Of a stretch of DNA of 64,000 nucleotides, positions 1 to 10,441 are shown piece by piece. The stretch's first letter is position 1, and each line of letters begins with the position of its first letter. The DNA lies in NCBI GenBank assembly GCA_963677435.1, contig OY781945.1:3058899-3122898 (forward strand), read 5' to 3'. Both the position numbers and the translations under genes were made by a program. Below the pieces are notes generated by a model, which was given only the letters and a program-made list of their open reading frames with translations, did not search any database and was not told where the DNA came from. Source of the DNA: an uncultured Aliarcobacter sp. GTDB lineage: Bacteria > Campylobacterota > Campylobacteria > Campylobacterales > Arcobacteraceae.

Positions 1-216
1 GGATTTCCAAGTGCAAGTGAAGATATGCAAAAAAGAATAAAACATTTTGTAGCTTTACTTGAACTTTCTATTCCTTACGAATTTCAAGAAGAAAACATGA
101 GTTCTATTGAAGCTGAGGATTTAATCAAAGGTGAAATTAAATACAAACGAGATGGAAGAGTAGATTCAATCGCTGCTAAAATTATATTAGAGCGCTTTTT
201 AGCTAAAAAACACTAA
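1..216 (+). CDS. ruvX: Holliday junction resolvase-like RuvX/YqgF, 5'-truncated by window edge
   Basis: Frame 1 is open from base 1 (GFPSASEDM...). It carries the YqgF motifs G-x-P, 'QEENMSS' (DERxSS/T-like) and 'VDSIAAKIILERFL'. Confidence 0.8.
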   Translation, partial: GFPSASEDMQKRIKHFVALLELSIPYEFQEENMSSIEAEDLIKGEIKYKRDGRVDSIAAKIILERFLAKKH

Positions 217-222
217 TTATAT

Positions 223-573
223 TCACTTCAAAACATTCACAACAACAGCAATTACTAAACCTGAATCGTGAGTTATTGATAAATGAGACTTTTTTATACC
301 AAAAGCTTTTCTTACTTTCTTTCTATATTTTAATAATGGAGCTCCAAGCTCACTTTTTGATATTTTAATATCATGAAAACCACAAGATGCACCAATCCCA
401 GTACCAAGAGCTTTTGAAGCTGCTTCCTTTGCTGCCCAAAATCCAGCGGCAGTTTCAGGCTTTTTCACAAGTTCTATTTCTTTTGGATTTAAAAACTTTT
501 CATAAGCCTTTATTCCAAACTTTTCATACATTCTTTTTATTCTATCAATTGATGTTATATCTATGCCTATCAT
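223..573 (-). CDS. acpS: Holo-[acyl-carrier-protein] synthase
   Basis: 'IGIDI', 'AGFWAAKEAASKALGTG', 'GAP' and 'LSITHD' motifs. Confidence 0.95.
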   Translation of the reverse strand: MIGIDITSIDRIKRMYEKFGIKAYEKFLNPKEIELVKKPETAAGFWAAKEAASKALGTGIGASCGFHDIKISKSELGAPLLKYRKKVRKAFGIKKSHLSITHDSGLVIAVVVNVLK

Positions 574-601
574 TTAAACCTATCTTTTGTATAATCCCTA
601 C

Positions 602-1561
602 ATGAAATTATTTATTAAAAAAGTATTATATCTTATCATCATGTTATTTATAATTAGCCTTATATCTTTTATCGCGATAAATGCTGCTCCAAACTCTTTT
701 TTTGCAAGTGGAGAATTAAATCCAAATATTACACCTGAATCAATCGAGCAATTAAAAGCAATTTATGGTTTAGATAGACCTTTGTATGTGCAGTTTTTTT
801 CATGGATAAGTGCAATAATTCATCTTGATTTTGGAATTTCTTTTGCAAGTGGCGAAATGGTAAAAGATGAAATATTAAGTAGAATTCCAATCACTCTTAC
901 AATCAATATTATTTCAATGTTTTTAATATTCATCATTTCTCTTTATTTTGGAATAAAATCAGCTTTAAATAAAAACTCATTATTTGATAAATTTACAGGG
1001 CAATTATCACTTCTAAGTTTTGCAATGCCTTCATTTTATTTGGCACTTTTATTGGTTTTAGTATTTGCTATTAATTTTGAGATTTTACCAATTGCTGGAC
1101 TTCATAGCGTTTCTAATGATGGAAGTTTTTCTTACTATTTAGATTATGCTTGGCACTTAGTTTTACCAATATTTATTATGGTTTTTGGTGGAATTGGAAG
1201 TTTGATTTTATATATTAGATCTTTAACTATTGAGATTTTGAAATCTGATTACATCTTTTTTGCAAAGGCTAGAGGTTTAAGCCAAAAACAGATTTTAAGA
1301 TATTATATTTTGCCAAATTTATATCCACCAGTTATTACACTTCTTGGTCTTTCACTTCCTGGAATTATTGGTGGTTCAGTAATTCTTGAAACAATTTTTT
1401 CAATAGATGGAATGGGATTATTGTTTTATCAAAGTGCTTTATCACATGATTATCCTGTAATTATGGGGATTTTAATAATTGGTGCCTTTTTGACACTAAT
1501 TGGTAATATGATTGCAGATTTAGTTTTACTAAAACTAAATCCAAACTACGATGAAAAATAG
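602..1561 (+). CDS. Peptide/nickel ABC transporter permease (DppB/OppB family)
   Basis: 'GLDRPLYVQF', 'LDFGISF', EAA loop 'DYIFFAKARGL', 'ETIFSIDGMG', 'DYPVIMG'. ATG at 602 preferred over the upstream alternative start. Confidence 0.9.
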   Translation: MKLFIKKVLYLIIMLFIISLISFIAINAAPNSFFASGELNPNITPESIEQLKAIYGLDRPLYVQFFSWISAIIHLDFGISFASGEMVKDEILSRIPITLTINIISMFLIFIISLYFGIKSALNKNSLFDKFTGQLSLLSFAMPSFYLALLLVLVFAINFEILPIAGLHSVSNDGSFSYYLDYAWHLVLPIFIMVFGGIGSLILYIRSLTIEILKSDYIFFAKARGLSQKQILRYYILPNLYPPVITLLGLSLPGIIGGSVILETIFSIDGMGLLFYQSALSHDYPVIMGILIIGAFLTLIGNMIADLVLLKLNPNYDEK

Positions 1562-1588
1562 ATTAGATAATTTTAACAAGGAAAAGAA

Positions 1589-2407
1589 TTGCAAGTTTTA
1601 AAAACAATTGAAGAGTTACAAGAAGTTAGAAAAAATATTTCTGGAACTGTTGGATTTGTTCCAACAATGGGTGCTTTACATAATGGTCACATTTCACTTA
1701 TCAAACAAGCAAGAAATGAAAATGATATTGTTATTGTTTCAATATTTGTAAACCCAACTCAATTTTTACCAGGTGAGGATTTAGATGCATATCCAAGAAA
1801 GGATGAAGCAGATAAAAAAATCTGTCAAATGTGTAAAGTTGATTATGTTTTTATGCCTGAAATTTCAACTATGTATACAAAAGAAGAAGTCTTAATAAAA
1901 GCCCCAAATAAAGGCTATGTTTTAGAGGGAAAAACAAGACCTGGTCATTTTGATGGAGTTTTACAAGTAGTTTTAAAACTATTTAATTTAACTCAACCAA
2001 CAAATGCCTATTTTGGTAAAAAAGACGCTCAACAATTAACTCTAATTATGCAAATGGTAAAAAATCTATTTATCCCTATAAATATTATTCCTTGTGAAAT
2101 AATAAGAGAAGATGATGGCTTAGCTTTAAGTTCAAGAAATATCTATTTAGATGCAACACAGAGAAAAGATGCTTTACTTATTTCAAAATCTTTATATATG
2201 GCTGGTTCACTTATTTCAAAAGGTGAAAGAAATGTGCAAGCTGTAAAAAATAAAATTTATGAAATCATGCAAACTTTAGATGTTGAATATGTGGCTATTG
2301 TTGATAGAGAATTTAATGAATTAGAAAATATTGAACCTAAAAATACAATTATTCTTGTAGTTGCTAGATTTGGTAATACTAGATTACTTGATAATATTTG
2401 GCTTTAA
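1589..2407 (+). CDS. panC: Pantoate--beta-alanine ligase
   Basis: '[12 protein letters not shown]', 'SIFVNPTQF', 'RPGHFDGV', 'FGKKDAQQ', 'GLALSSRN', 'RLLDN'. Confidence 0.97.
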   Translation: MQVLKTIEELQEVRKNISGTVGFVPTMGALHNGHISLIKQARNENDIVIVSIFVNPTQFLPGEDLDAYPRKDEADKKICQMCKVDYVFMPEISTMYTKEEVLIKAPNKGYVLEGKTRPGHFDGVLQVVLKLFNLTQPTNAYFGKKDAQQLTLIMQMVKNLFIPINIIPCEIIREDDGLALSSRNIYLDATQRKDALLISKSLYMAGSLISKGERNVQAVKNKIYEIMQTLDVEYVAIVDREFNELENIEPKNTIILVVARFGNTRLLDNIWL

Positions 2408-2471
2408 CATTTTGTTTTAAAAAGAGTTTATGATAAAATTGCAAAAAAATTAAGATAAAAAGAATAAATAT

Positions 2472-3812
2472 ATGAAATTTTCAGTAAAAAATCCTAAAAA
2501 AACTCTACATTTAGTAAGCCTTGGCTGTACTAAAAATCTTGTAGATTCAGAGATTATGTTAGGTAAATTAAAAGATTATACAATTACAAATGATGCAGCA
2601 AATGCCGATGTAATTATTGTAAATACATGTGGATTTATAGATAGTGCAAAAGAAGAGAGTTTAAATACAATTTTAAATCTCCATGATGAAAGAAAAAAAG
2701 AGTCAGTTTTAGTAATGGCTGGATGTTTAAGTGAAAGATACCAAGGTGAACTTCAAAAAGAGTTACCAGAAATTGACGTTTTCACAGGTGTTGGAGATTA
2801 TGACAAAATAGATTTACTTGTACATGAAAAAAGAAGTGCATTTTCAAATGAAGTATTTTTAGCAAGTGATGAAAATGAAAGGGTAATTACAGGTTCTTCA
2901 TATCATGCTTATGTAAAACTAAGCGAAGGATGCAATCAAACTTGCTCATTCTGTGCAATTCCTTCATTTAAAGGAAAGCTTCACTCTAGAACTCTAGAAT
3001 CACTTGTTAAAGAAGTAAAATCATTAGTTTCAAAAGGATATATTGATTTCTCTTTTGTATCTCAAGATTCTTCTTCATTTTTAAGAGATTTAGGTCATAA
3101 AGATGGATTGGAACAATTAATTAGTGAAGTAGAAAAAATTGAGGGTATTAAAACAGCTAGAATTTTGTACCTTTACCCATCTACTACAACTTTAAGTCTA
3201 ATTGACAAAATTGCAGATTCAAAAGTTTTTGTAAACTATTTTGATATGCCATTGCAACACATAACACCTTCAATGCTTAAAATTATGAAAAGAGGAAAAG
3301 GTGTTGAGAAACTAAATGAACTTATGAATCATATGAGAAGTAAACCAAACTCATTTGTAAGAACTACATTTATTGCTGGACATCCAGGGGAAACGCAAGA
3401 AGATCATGAAGCACTTTGTAAATATATTGAAGAGTTTAAATTTGACAGAGCAAATGTTTTTTCTTATTCAACAGAAGAAGGAACAGCAGCAGCACTTTCA
3501 AAAGATTTAATAGAGCAAAAGATTATTGATGAAAGAGCTGAAGTTATTGGTGAAATAATTGCTTTGACTACTCAAGAATCACTTGAATCTGAAATTGGAA
3601 AAACTTTTGAAGTTTATGTTGATGGAGAAAGTGAAGAGCATGAGTATTTATTAAGTGCTAGAAAAACACTTTGGGCTCCTGATATTGATGGCGAAATTTA
3701 TATCAATGATAATGAACTCTCTGAGGGTGAACAAATTAAATTTGGACAAATTTATACTGTAAAAATCACAGAACTTGCAGGAGATAAATTACTAGCAACT
3801 GTAATTAAATAG
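2472..3812 (+). CDS. rimO: Ribosomal protein S12 methylthiotransferase
   Basis: 'SLGCTKNLVDSE', 'VNTCGFIDSAKEES', radical SAM CxxxCxxC 'CNQTCSFC', C-terminal 'APDIDG' TRAM domain. Confidence 0.95.
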   Translation: MKFSVKNPKKTLHLVSLGCTKNLVDSEIMLGKLKDYTITNDAANADVIIVNTCGFIDSAKEESLNTILNLHDERKKESVLVMAGCLSERYQGELQKELPEIDVFTGVGDYDKIDLLVHEKRSAFSNEVFLASDENERVITGSSYHAYVKLSEGCNQTCSFCAIPSFKGKLHSRTLESLVKEVKSLVSKGYIDFSFVSQDSSSFLRDLGHKDGLEQLISEVEKIEGIKTARILYLYPSTTTLSLIDKIADSKVFVNYFDMPLQHITPSMLKIMKRGKGVEKLNELMNHMRSKPNSFVRTTFIAGHPGETQEDHEALCKYIEEFKFDRANVFSYSTEEGTAAALSKDLIEQKIIDERAEVIGEIIALTTQESLESEIGKTFEVYVDGESEEHEYLLSARKTLWAPDIDGEIYINDNELSEGEQIKFGQIYTVKITELAGDKLLATVIK

Positions 3813-3814
3813 AT

Positions 3815-4795
3815 ATGAACTTAGATTTTAGTGTAGTAAAAAATCAAAAAAACCTGCTTGCATTTTCAGCAGGTGTTGATTCAACTGCACTATTTTTTTT
3901 ACTACTTGAACAAAATATTCCTTTTGACATGGCTATTGTAAATTATAATTTAAGAGAGCAAAGTAAAGATGAAATTTCTTATGCAAAAGAACTGGCAAAG
4001 CAGTATAAAAAAGAAATATTTATTCAGGAAATCAATCTTACTGATACTTCAAATTTTGAAAAAAAAGCAAGAGATATAAGATACGCTTTTTTTAAAACAA
4101 TTATTGATAAACACTCTTATGCTAACTTAATCACAGCTCATCAGTTAAACGATAAATTAGAATGGTTTATGATGCAATTATCAAAAGGTGCAGGATTAGT
4201 TGAACTTATTGGATTTAATGAATTTGAACAGAAAAACAATTATCAGATTTATAAACCACTTTTAAATATCACAAAAGATGAACTTGAAACCTATCTAAAG
4301 AACAATAATCATAAATATTTTATTGACCAATCAAATTTTGATGAAAAATATAAAAGAAACTATTTTAGACATAATTTTTCAAATAAGTTTTTAGAAAAGT
4401 TTAGTTCAGGAGTTAAAAAATCTTTTGAATATTTGCAAAATGATTTAAATTCTTTAAATATTCAAAATAGTCCAATCAAAAAAATAAAAGAATTAGAGAT
4501 ATTTCTAAATCAAAAAGATGATAATTTGAATATTAGAACTATTGATTTATCAATTAAAAAAAGAGGTATTCTTTTAAGTTCTGCTCAAAGAGATGAAGTT
4601 TTAAGACAAAAAGAGATTACAATTTCACATAAAATAAATATATCTATTCAAGAAAACTATATTTGGATTGCGCCAAGTAGTGATGAATTTATAGATAAAA
4701 AATATAAAGAAATTTATAGAATAAATGATATCCCTAAAAATATGAGAGCTTATATTTTTAGAGAAAAAATAGAGTTGGAAGAGTTAATGTTTTAA
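3815..4795 (+). CDS. tilS: tRNA(Ile)-lysidine synthetase
   Basis: PP-loop 'AFSAGVDS', 'EKKARDIRY', 'TAHQLND', 'DQSN...YKRNYFRH'. Confidence 0.9.
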   Translation: MNLDFSVVKNQKNLLAFSAGVDSTALFFLLLEQNIPFDMAIVNYNLREQSKDEISYAKELAKQYKKEIFIQEINLTDTSNFEKKARDIRYAFFKTIIDKHSYANLITAHQLNDKLEWFMMQLSKGAGLVELIGFNEFEQKNNYQIYKPLLNITKDELETYLKNNNHKYFIDQSNFDEKYKRNYFRHNFSNKFLEKFSSGVKKSFEYLQNDLNSLNIQNSPIKKIKELEIFLNQKDDNLNIRTIDLSIKKRGILLSSAQRDEVLRQKEITISHKINISIQENYIWIAPSSDEFIDKKYKEIYRINDIPKNMRAYIFREKIELEELMF

Positions 4796-5053
4796 AAACC
4801 TCTTCATTTTTTGCATTTTTATAAGTTCTTGTCTTGTCTCTTCTCTATAAACTTTTAAAAAATTAATATTCTTAAAAAAGAGTTCTTCAAGTCTCTTTAA
4901 ATCTTTTAATTCTAAATCAAAATCTTCAATTTTCTCATTTGTTAAATAATTTTCATGCCATCTAACTAAAGCATCTGCTTTTTCAGATGAATCTAATGAA
5001 TCAATATAAATTAATTCATTAAGTGCGCTTAAAGACCTGTTTCTTCTTTCCAT
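4784..5053 (-). CDS. Small helical hypothetical protein downstream of fliS (FliT-like position)
   Basis: 89-aa charged, helical-looking ORF overlapping the fliS 3' end. Confidence 0.6.
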   Translation of the reverse strand: MERRNRSLSALNELIYIDSLDSSEKADALVRWHENYLTNEKIEDFDLELKDLKRLEELFFKNINFLKVYREETRQELIKMQKMKRFLKH

Positions 5054-5385
5054 GCGTCGATTAATCCTTGAGTAACTTTCATAACTTGGTTAACCGCATT
5101 GATATTGTCATCAATTCCAGCACTAAATAGAGTTTCAATCTGATATAAATATAAACCATCTAAGTAATAAGCAACTTCTCCACCATCAAAATCCAATACA
5201 TTCCTTAATTCATCAAATATTGCTATTGACTTATTTATGTATGTAAACTTAAGTTCAACATTTTTTTCTTCCATCGCATTTTTTACAAATGACAAATACT
5301 TTATAACACCCTCATAAAGTTTTAATACTAATACATACGGATCATCCGAAATCGCATTTTGTTGATTATATACTTCTATTCCCAT
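5029..5385 (-). CDS. fliS: Flagellar export chaperone FliS
   Basis: 'PYVLVLKLYEG', 'LDFDGGEVAYYLDGLY', 'LIDAW'; follows fliD. Confidence 0.9.
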   Translation of the reverse strand: MGIEVYNQQNAISDDPYVLVLKLYEGVIKYLSFVKNAMEEKNVELKFTYINKSIAIFDELRNVLDFDGGEVAYYLDGLYLYQIETLFSAGIDDNINAVNQVMKVTQGLIDAWKEETGL

Positions 5386-5485
5386 ATTTTACATTCCTAC
5401 TAGAATCATTTTGAAATATCAGTATAGTACATATTAGCTTAAAAATTAAAAGAAAAAGAAAAAATGACTTTTTCCATTTTAAAAA

Positions 5486-6832
5486 TTAATTACCAGAATT
5501 TGATTGATCAATTAACATTTTTAATCCAGAGAATGACGATTCCATTTGCGTAATAATAGTTCCATATGAACTAAATTGGAGTGCAAGTTGCTCATACTTT
5601 TTATCTAAAGCCTCTTGCGCTTTAGTTTTTTCAGCTGTTAAATCTGTTTCTCTTTTTTTCATTGACGAATCATAAATATTTAAAATTCCATCTGAATAAC
5701 TCATATTATCTAATGTTTCTTTTAGTGTTGTTCCTAGACCTTTATTTTCTGCTGTTCCAATAAATAAATCCTTTAATCCTGATAAATCATTTTGAACAGC
5801 ATCACTAAACTTTGTCGTATTTAATGACAATAAACCAGATTTATCTAATTCTAATCCATAATTAAATACTGATTTATCATTTGATGTTCCATATGAACCA
5901 AATAACTTTTCTTTAATTTGACTAACAATATTTCTTATTGAAGATTTATCTTGTATTGCAGAATCTGCATTATATGATTCTGTATCTATCATTGAAACTA
6001 AATCATTATATTTTGTGACAAAATTTTGCATTTGAGTTTGAATTTGAGTATTATCTTCAACAATAGTTATACTTGATGCCCCAGTTTTATTAGCTGTCAT
6101 TTTAAGTCCATCAACAGTAATACTATTTGTTGCAACATTATATTCTACACCATCAACTTTTGCAATCATATTTTTTGCTTCTAATATATGATTAGTTGAA
6201 TTTATAGTAGAGCCATCTGTAGTAAATCCTAATGCTTGACTTGCAGCACCACTAATATTTAATTTATTATCAATACCTGAATCTTCACTTTTTATAACTA
6301 ATCGATAAGCATCTGTCCCAACTTGTTCAATTGTTGCATTCATTCCTGATTTTGCAGTAATTTCTGTTGCTAGCTGTTTATATGTCTTATTTGTTGTATC
6401 AAATGTTTGTCCATTAATAACTAATTCACCTTGATTAATTACACTTTCTTTTGTTGAATTATCTACACTATTTGATTGAAATACGTCTTTTTGTGCTAAT
6501 TGAGTTACATCAATACTTGTTGTACCTTTACTCAATGCTTTAATATCTGCTGCATCAAAAGAAACAGAATCTCCTGAAGTAGTTGCTGTTTTTTGCTCAA
6601 GAGCTGTAACGCCACCCGATACGAATAAATCAAAAGGTTTAATTGCTTCTAAAAGTTCTTTAACTTTTGCTTCAATATTTGCAAAAGTTTCTTTCTCAGT
6701 TGAAAGACTTGTTATTCTTGTTTCTATTGGCTCAACTGTTGATTTTCTTTCCGCAGATTTTAATTTATCAATTAAATCACTATTTAATGCTGATGCTTGC
6801 CCCGAACCTAATCCTAAAACACCATTTGCCAT
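5486..6832 (-). CDS. fliD: Flagellar filament cap protein
   Basis: N-terminal 'LGLGSG...LIDKLKSAE', 'VTQLAQKD', C-terminal coiled coil typical of HAP2. Confidence 0.9.
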   Translation of the reverse strand: MANGVLGLGSGQASALNSDLIDKLKSAERKSTVEPIETRITSLSTEKETFANIEAKVKELLEAIKPFDLFVSGGVTALEQKTATTSGDSVSFDAADIKALSKGTTSIDVTQLAQKDVFQSNSVDNSTKESVINQGELVINGQTFDTTNKTYKQLATEITAKSGMNATIEQVGTDAYRLVIKSEDSGIDNKLNISGAASQALGFTTDGSTINSTNHILEAKNMIAKVDGVEYNVATNSITVDGLKMTANKTGASSITIVEDNTQIQTQMQNFVTKYNDLVSMIDTESYNADSAIQDKSSIRNIVSQIKEKLFGSYGTSNDKSVFNYGLELDKSGLLSLNTTKFSDAVQNDLSGLKDLFIGTAENKGLGTTLKETLDNMSYSDGILNIYDSSMKKRETDLTAEKTKAQEALDKKYEQLALQFSSYGTIITQMESSFSGLKMLIDQSNSGN

Positions 6833-6842
6833 AATTTATCCT

Positions 6843-8723
6843 TTATCTTTTTAAGCCAAGTAGAGTTTGCAACATTTCATCTATCGTTGTTATCATCTTA
6901 GCATTTGCAGTATACGCTGCTTGGAATTTAATTAAATTTAACATTTCTTCATCTTTATCAACTTTTGTTAATTGATCATATGAAGACTTAATTGAATTAC
7001 TAATACCTGATTGTGTAGTTTTTGAGAAATCGATATTTTCTTTATCTGCTGATACACTAACTCTTAAATCTCTGAAAAATTCACTTAAAGATGCTTTACT
7101 TGTTGAGTTTGAATCTTGTGCTTTTCCATCAAAAGAGATATTTTGTTTCCATTGAATACTTGCTAAATAATCTAGTTTTGTTTGATCTAAATCATTAACC
7201 ATATTATCATTAAATTTTAATGTTTTAACACTTGAACCACTGAATAATTTCATTGAATTTATAGTACCTAGTGATTCATCAGTTGCAGCTTCACCATAAA
7301 TATAGTCACCTGAACTTGTTTTTATAAACTTATCAGAAATATCAGACAATGTTTGAGCAAAAGTATCCAATTTATTTAAATAAGTTTGATATTTATTATT
7401 AAGTGAATCTGAAGAAAGATTTTCTACTTGTGCTTTTAAAATTCCACCTTTTATTGGAATTTCTCTATCATTAATGGTAATAAATACTTTTGATTCTGGA
7501 TTTGTACTTTCTAAATTATTTTTATATATTGATTCTCTTTTATCTACAATTGTTGAATCTGTATTATTTATATTTTCAATGCTAATTCTTCCATCAAATT
7601 GTTTTTGACTTCCTCCAAAATTTGACTCAATTCTCAAATAGTTATCTTGTGTATTTATAGTAACTTTATTTCCATTAGCATCTACACTATAATCTCCATT
7701 ATATGCTGTTATTGAATCTTTCATATTGGCATCAGAATTTATTTTATGTACTAATGCTCTTGTTAAATTTGAGCTATCTACAGTTTCTGTAGTTTCCGTA
7801 CCATCGCCATTCCAATCCATAGTTATTGATTCACCCATTGCCACAGATACAAAAAATTGATTATTTAATTTATAAGTGACTACATCATTTGCATCAAATG
7901 TTTTTGCACTAAAATCACTATTATATTTCAGTGAATCATATACTGTAGGAGGGTAAACACTGCTATCAACTAATGTAAATTTATCTTTCTGTAATGTTTC
8001 TTCTTCGTTAACATTTAAAGTTCGTACATTTGTATTTGAAACAACTGATTCACCACCAATTTTTAACTCATAATTATCATCTGTTCTTTCAACATCTATA
8101 TCAACATAATTTGATAATTCTAATTCAAGTTGATCTCTCTTATCAAGCATATCATTAGAAACACCATCAAATTTCTGCATTTTTTCATTTAAAAGGCCTA
8201 TTTGTTTTAAAATACTATTTACATCATTTACATTACTATAAAGCTCTGTTTTTTCAGTTTTTTGTTGTTGTTCTACACTTTTATATAGATTTTGTAACGA
8301 TTCAACTAAAATATTACCTTGAGTTTGCAATGTTGTTTTATAAACTTGAGAATTTGGATCTGTTCTTAGATTTTCAATAGATTGATAATATCGATTTAAA
8401 TCTGCAGAGAAACCACTATCTGTAGTTTCTTTAAAAACAGATTCAATGTTTCCTGTCATATTAGATAATTTATCGTAATAACTTAATTTAGTATTTTCTG
8501 AAATCAACTTATCATACATATATTGTGATGTAATTCTATAATTATCTGTTGCATTTACACCACGGCCTGTAAATTGACTATCCATTTGTGATATTTCTTC
8601 AAGTTGTACAACTCTTTTTTTATACCCAGGAGTATTTTCATTAGCTATATTATTTGATACATTTTCAACTGCAATTTTTGCTGCGTTCAATCCACTTTGT
8701 GCTACACTCAATGTACCTAGCAT
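6843..8723 (-). CDS. flgK: Flagellar hook-associated protein 1
   Basis: 'SGL...SNNIANENTPGY' N-terminus and 'VDKDEEMLNLIKFQAAYTANAKMITTIDEML' C-terminus. Confidence 0.93.
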   Translation of the reverse strand: MLGTLSVAQSGLNAAKIAVENVSNNIANENTPGYKKRVVQLEEISQMDSQFTGRGVNATDNYRITSQYMYDKLISENTKLSYYDKLSNMTGNIESVFKETTDSGFSADLNRYYQSIENLRTDPNSQVYKTTLQTQGNILVESLQNLYKSVEQQQKTEKTELYSNVNDVNSILKQIGLLNEKMQKFDGVSNDMLDKRDQLELELSNYVDIDVERTDDNYELKIGGESVVSNTNVRTLNVNEEETLQKDKFTLVDSSVYPPTVYDSLKYNSDFSAKTFDANDVVTYKLNNQFFVSVAMGESITMDWNGDGTETTETVDSSNLTRALVHKINSDANMKDSITAYNGDYSVDANGNKVTINTQDNYLRIESNFGGSQKQFDGRISIENINNTDSTIVDKRESIYKNNLESTNPESKVFITINDREIPIKGGILKAQVENLSSDSLNNKYQTYLNKLDTFAQTLSDISDKFIKTSSGDYIYGEAATDESLGTINSMKLFSGSSVKTLKFNDNMVNDLDQTKLDYLASIQWKQNISFDGKAQDSNSTSKASLSEFFRDLRVSVSADKENIDFSKTTQSGISNSIKSSYDQLTKVDKDEEMLNLIKFQAAYTANAKMITTIDEMLQTLLGLKR

Positions 8724-8780
8724 ATTAACTCCTTTTGGTATAATTTTTCAAATTATTACATTACATTTCTTAAAATTAGA

Positions 8781-9488
8781 TTAAAATGGCCATATCGCTC
8801 TCATGAATTTTAATCCCCATGGCGTTTCTAAAATTTCTGACTCAGTACCATCTTTATTATATAAAAGTTTTAAGTCTGCTATTTGTGCAGAATTAATTGA
8901 ATTATCTGAGCTTATATCATAAGGTCTAATTACACCACTTACAATTATTTCTTGCCGTTGACCTTCAATTAGCATCTCTTTTTTCCCTTTTATATAATAG
9001 TTACCATTCTGGTAAGTTTCCTCTATTATAGCAGAGATTGTCGTAGCAAAAGTTTCATCTAATTGTGTATTAACTTTTCCTTTATCGGAAGTTGAACTAT
9101 TAGTTCCAAAATTTACACCAAGATTTGCATTTAATTTATTTGTTACATTTGATGTTATGCCACTTAATCCATTTGTACCTGTAGCAGCCATTACTCCACC
9201 ACCTAAATTATTATCTCTAGTACTTGTTAATTCTCTTTTATTGTTACTTTTAGATGTTAAGTCTTCACTAATTATAATTTGAATAATATCACCAACTTGT
9301 AAATCTTTTTTATCTGCAAATAAAGAAGTACCTTGCATAGAGTATAAAGAACCTTTATTTTTTCTAGGTTCTGGATTCTTTTTAGGTATTTGAATTTCAG
9401 GTTTTTCAAAAGCTAATTCTGGTTCTGATACTGCACTGCATGCACTAAAAATAAATACAATAAAAATTAATATAAGACTATTTTGCAT
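8781..9488 (-). CDS. flgH: Flagellar L-ring lipoprotein
   Basis: Lipobox 'FSAC', 'LFADKK...VGDII', 'SGVIRPYDISSDNSINSAQIAD', C-terminal 'WPF'. Confidence 0.95.
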   Translation of the reverse strand: MQNSLILIFIVFIFSACSAVSEPELAFEKPEIQIPKKNPEPRKNKGSLYSMQGTSLFADKKDLQVGDIIQIIISEDLTSKSNNKRELTSTRDNNLGGGVMAATGTNGLSGITSNVTNKLNANLGVNFGTNSSTSDKGKVNTQLDETFATTISAIIEETYQNGNYYIKGKKEMLIEGQRQEIIVSGVIRPYDISSDNSINSAQIADLKLLYNKDGTESEILETPWGLKFMRAIWPF

Positions 9489-9906
9489 TTAACCTACTTT
9501 TTAATATAAAATTAACATCAATAGCAATTATAATTTCATTCAAAGTTCTTTTAATAAGTGCCATTGCACCATATCTTACCATTAAAGCATCCAAATTTGT
9601 TGCAGGTTCACAAATAATTATAACTTTGTCTTCAATTATTTTAACATGTCTTATATGTTCTTGGCCAACTAAATCAATTGCTTTTTCTATTTCTGTTAAA
9701 ATTGCTTTTTCTACTGCTTTTTTTTCTTTATCTTTTTTTTCTTCTTCAAGTTTTAATGCTTGTTTTGATTCTATATCTTTTTTTAATTGCTCAGTATAGG
9801 TTATATTCATATAAAAATAATAACCTCCAAACATAAGAACAAGTGCTAATAGAGATAATATCTTTATTAGTTTTTTACCTTTGTTTCTTTTTACTGCAAC
9901 TATCAT
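9478..9906 (-). CDS. Hypothetical single-pass membrane protein in flagellar operon
   Basis: Basic N-terminus, one TM helix, coiled coil and small alpha/beta domain; tightly packed between fliL and flgH. Confidence 0.75.
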   Translation of the reverse strand: MIVAVKRNKGKKLIKILSLLALVLMFGGYYFYMNITYTEQLKKDIESKQALKLEEEKKDKEKKAVEKAILTEIEKAIDLVGQEHIRHVKIIEDKVIIICEPATNLDALMVRYGAMALIKRTLNEIIIAIDVNFILKSRLNAK

Positions 9907-9908
9907 TT

Positions 9909-10439
9909 TTATTTAATTACAAAAGTTGTAAATAATATTTGTTTAATGCTATCTTTTGCTATATCAGAATTTGATTTAGTAGCTTCATTAATAACATTAT
10001 TAAGATCTTGTAATAATTCATCTTTTAATAAATTTTTACCACCAACTGTTAAAAGTTCTTCTGAACTTCTTGAACTTACTTGAGAGATAACAACATCGAT
10101 TATTTCTGCTTTATATTGTTCTGCAATAGCAGCAATTGTTGGTTCAGTACTTTTAACTGAAAAAGATAATTTCATTAATTTTTCTTTTCCTCTTGAGTCT
10201 GTTAAATTTAATACTAAATCATTAATATCTGCTTTATATGAATCTGCTTTTTCAGAAGATTCAGCTTTTTTAACCTCTTCTTGACCTGCAGGATTATTAT
10301 TACCTAATGCACCTTGAGAATAAAGGAAATAACCACCACCAATAACAGCAACAATTAGAACTACAACTAAAGCTATCAAAATTATCATTAAGCCTTTTCC
10401 ACCACCTGAACTTTTTGATTCTTGATTTTCTTCTGCCAT
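9909..10439 (-). CDS. fliL: Flagellar basal body-associated protein FliL
   Basis: N-terminal TM 'IGGGYFLY', 'LVLNL', 'LLTVGGKNLLKDEL', C-terminal 'ILFTTFVIK'. Confidence 0.9.
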   Translation of the reverse strand: MAEENQESKSSGGGKGLMIILIALVVVLIVAVIGGGYFLYSQGALGNNNPAGQEEVKKAESSEKADSYKADINDLVLNLTDSRGKEKLMKLSFSVKSTEPTIAAIAEQYKAEIIDVVISQVSSRSSEELLTVGGKNLLKDELLQDLNNVINEATKSNSDIAKDSIKQILFTTFVIK

Positions 10440-10441
10440 TA

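Noticed and set aside
602..1561. Lone ABC permease as a broken operon
   Set aside because: The ORF is intact and its partner subunits may be encoded elsewhere; this cannot be judged from the window.
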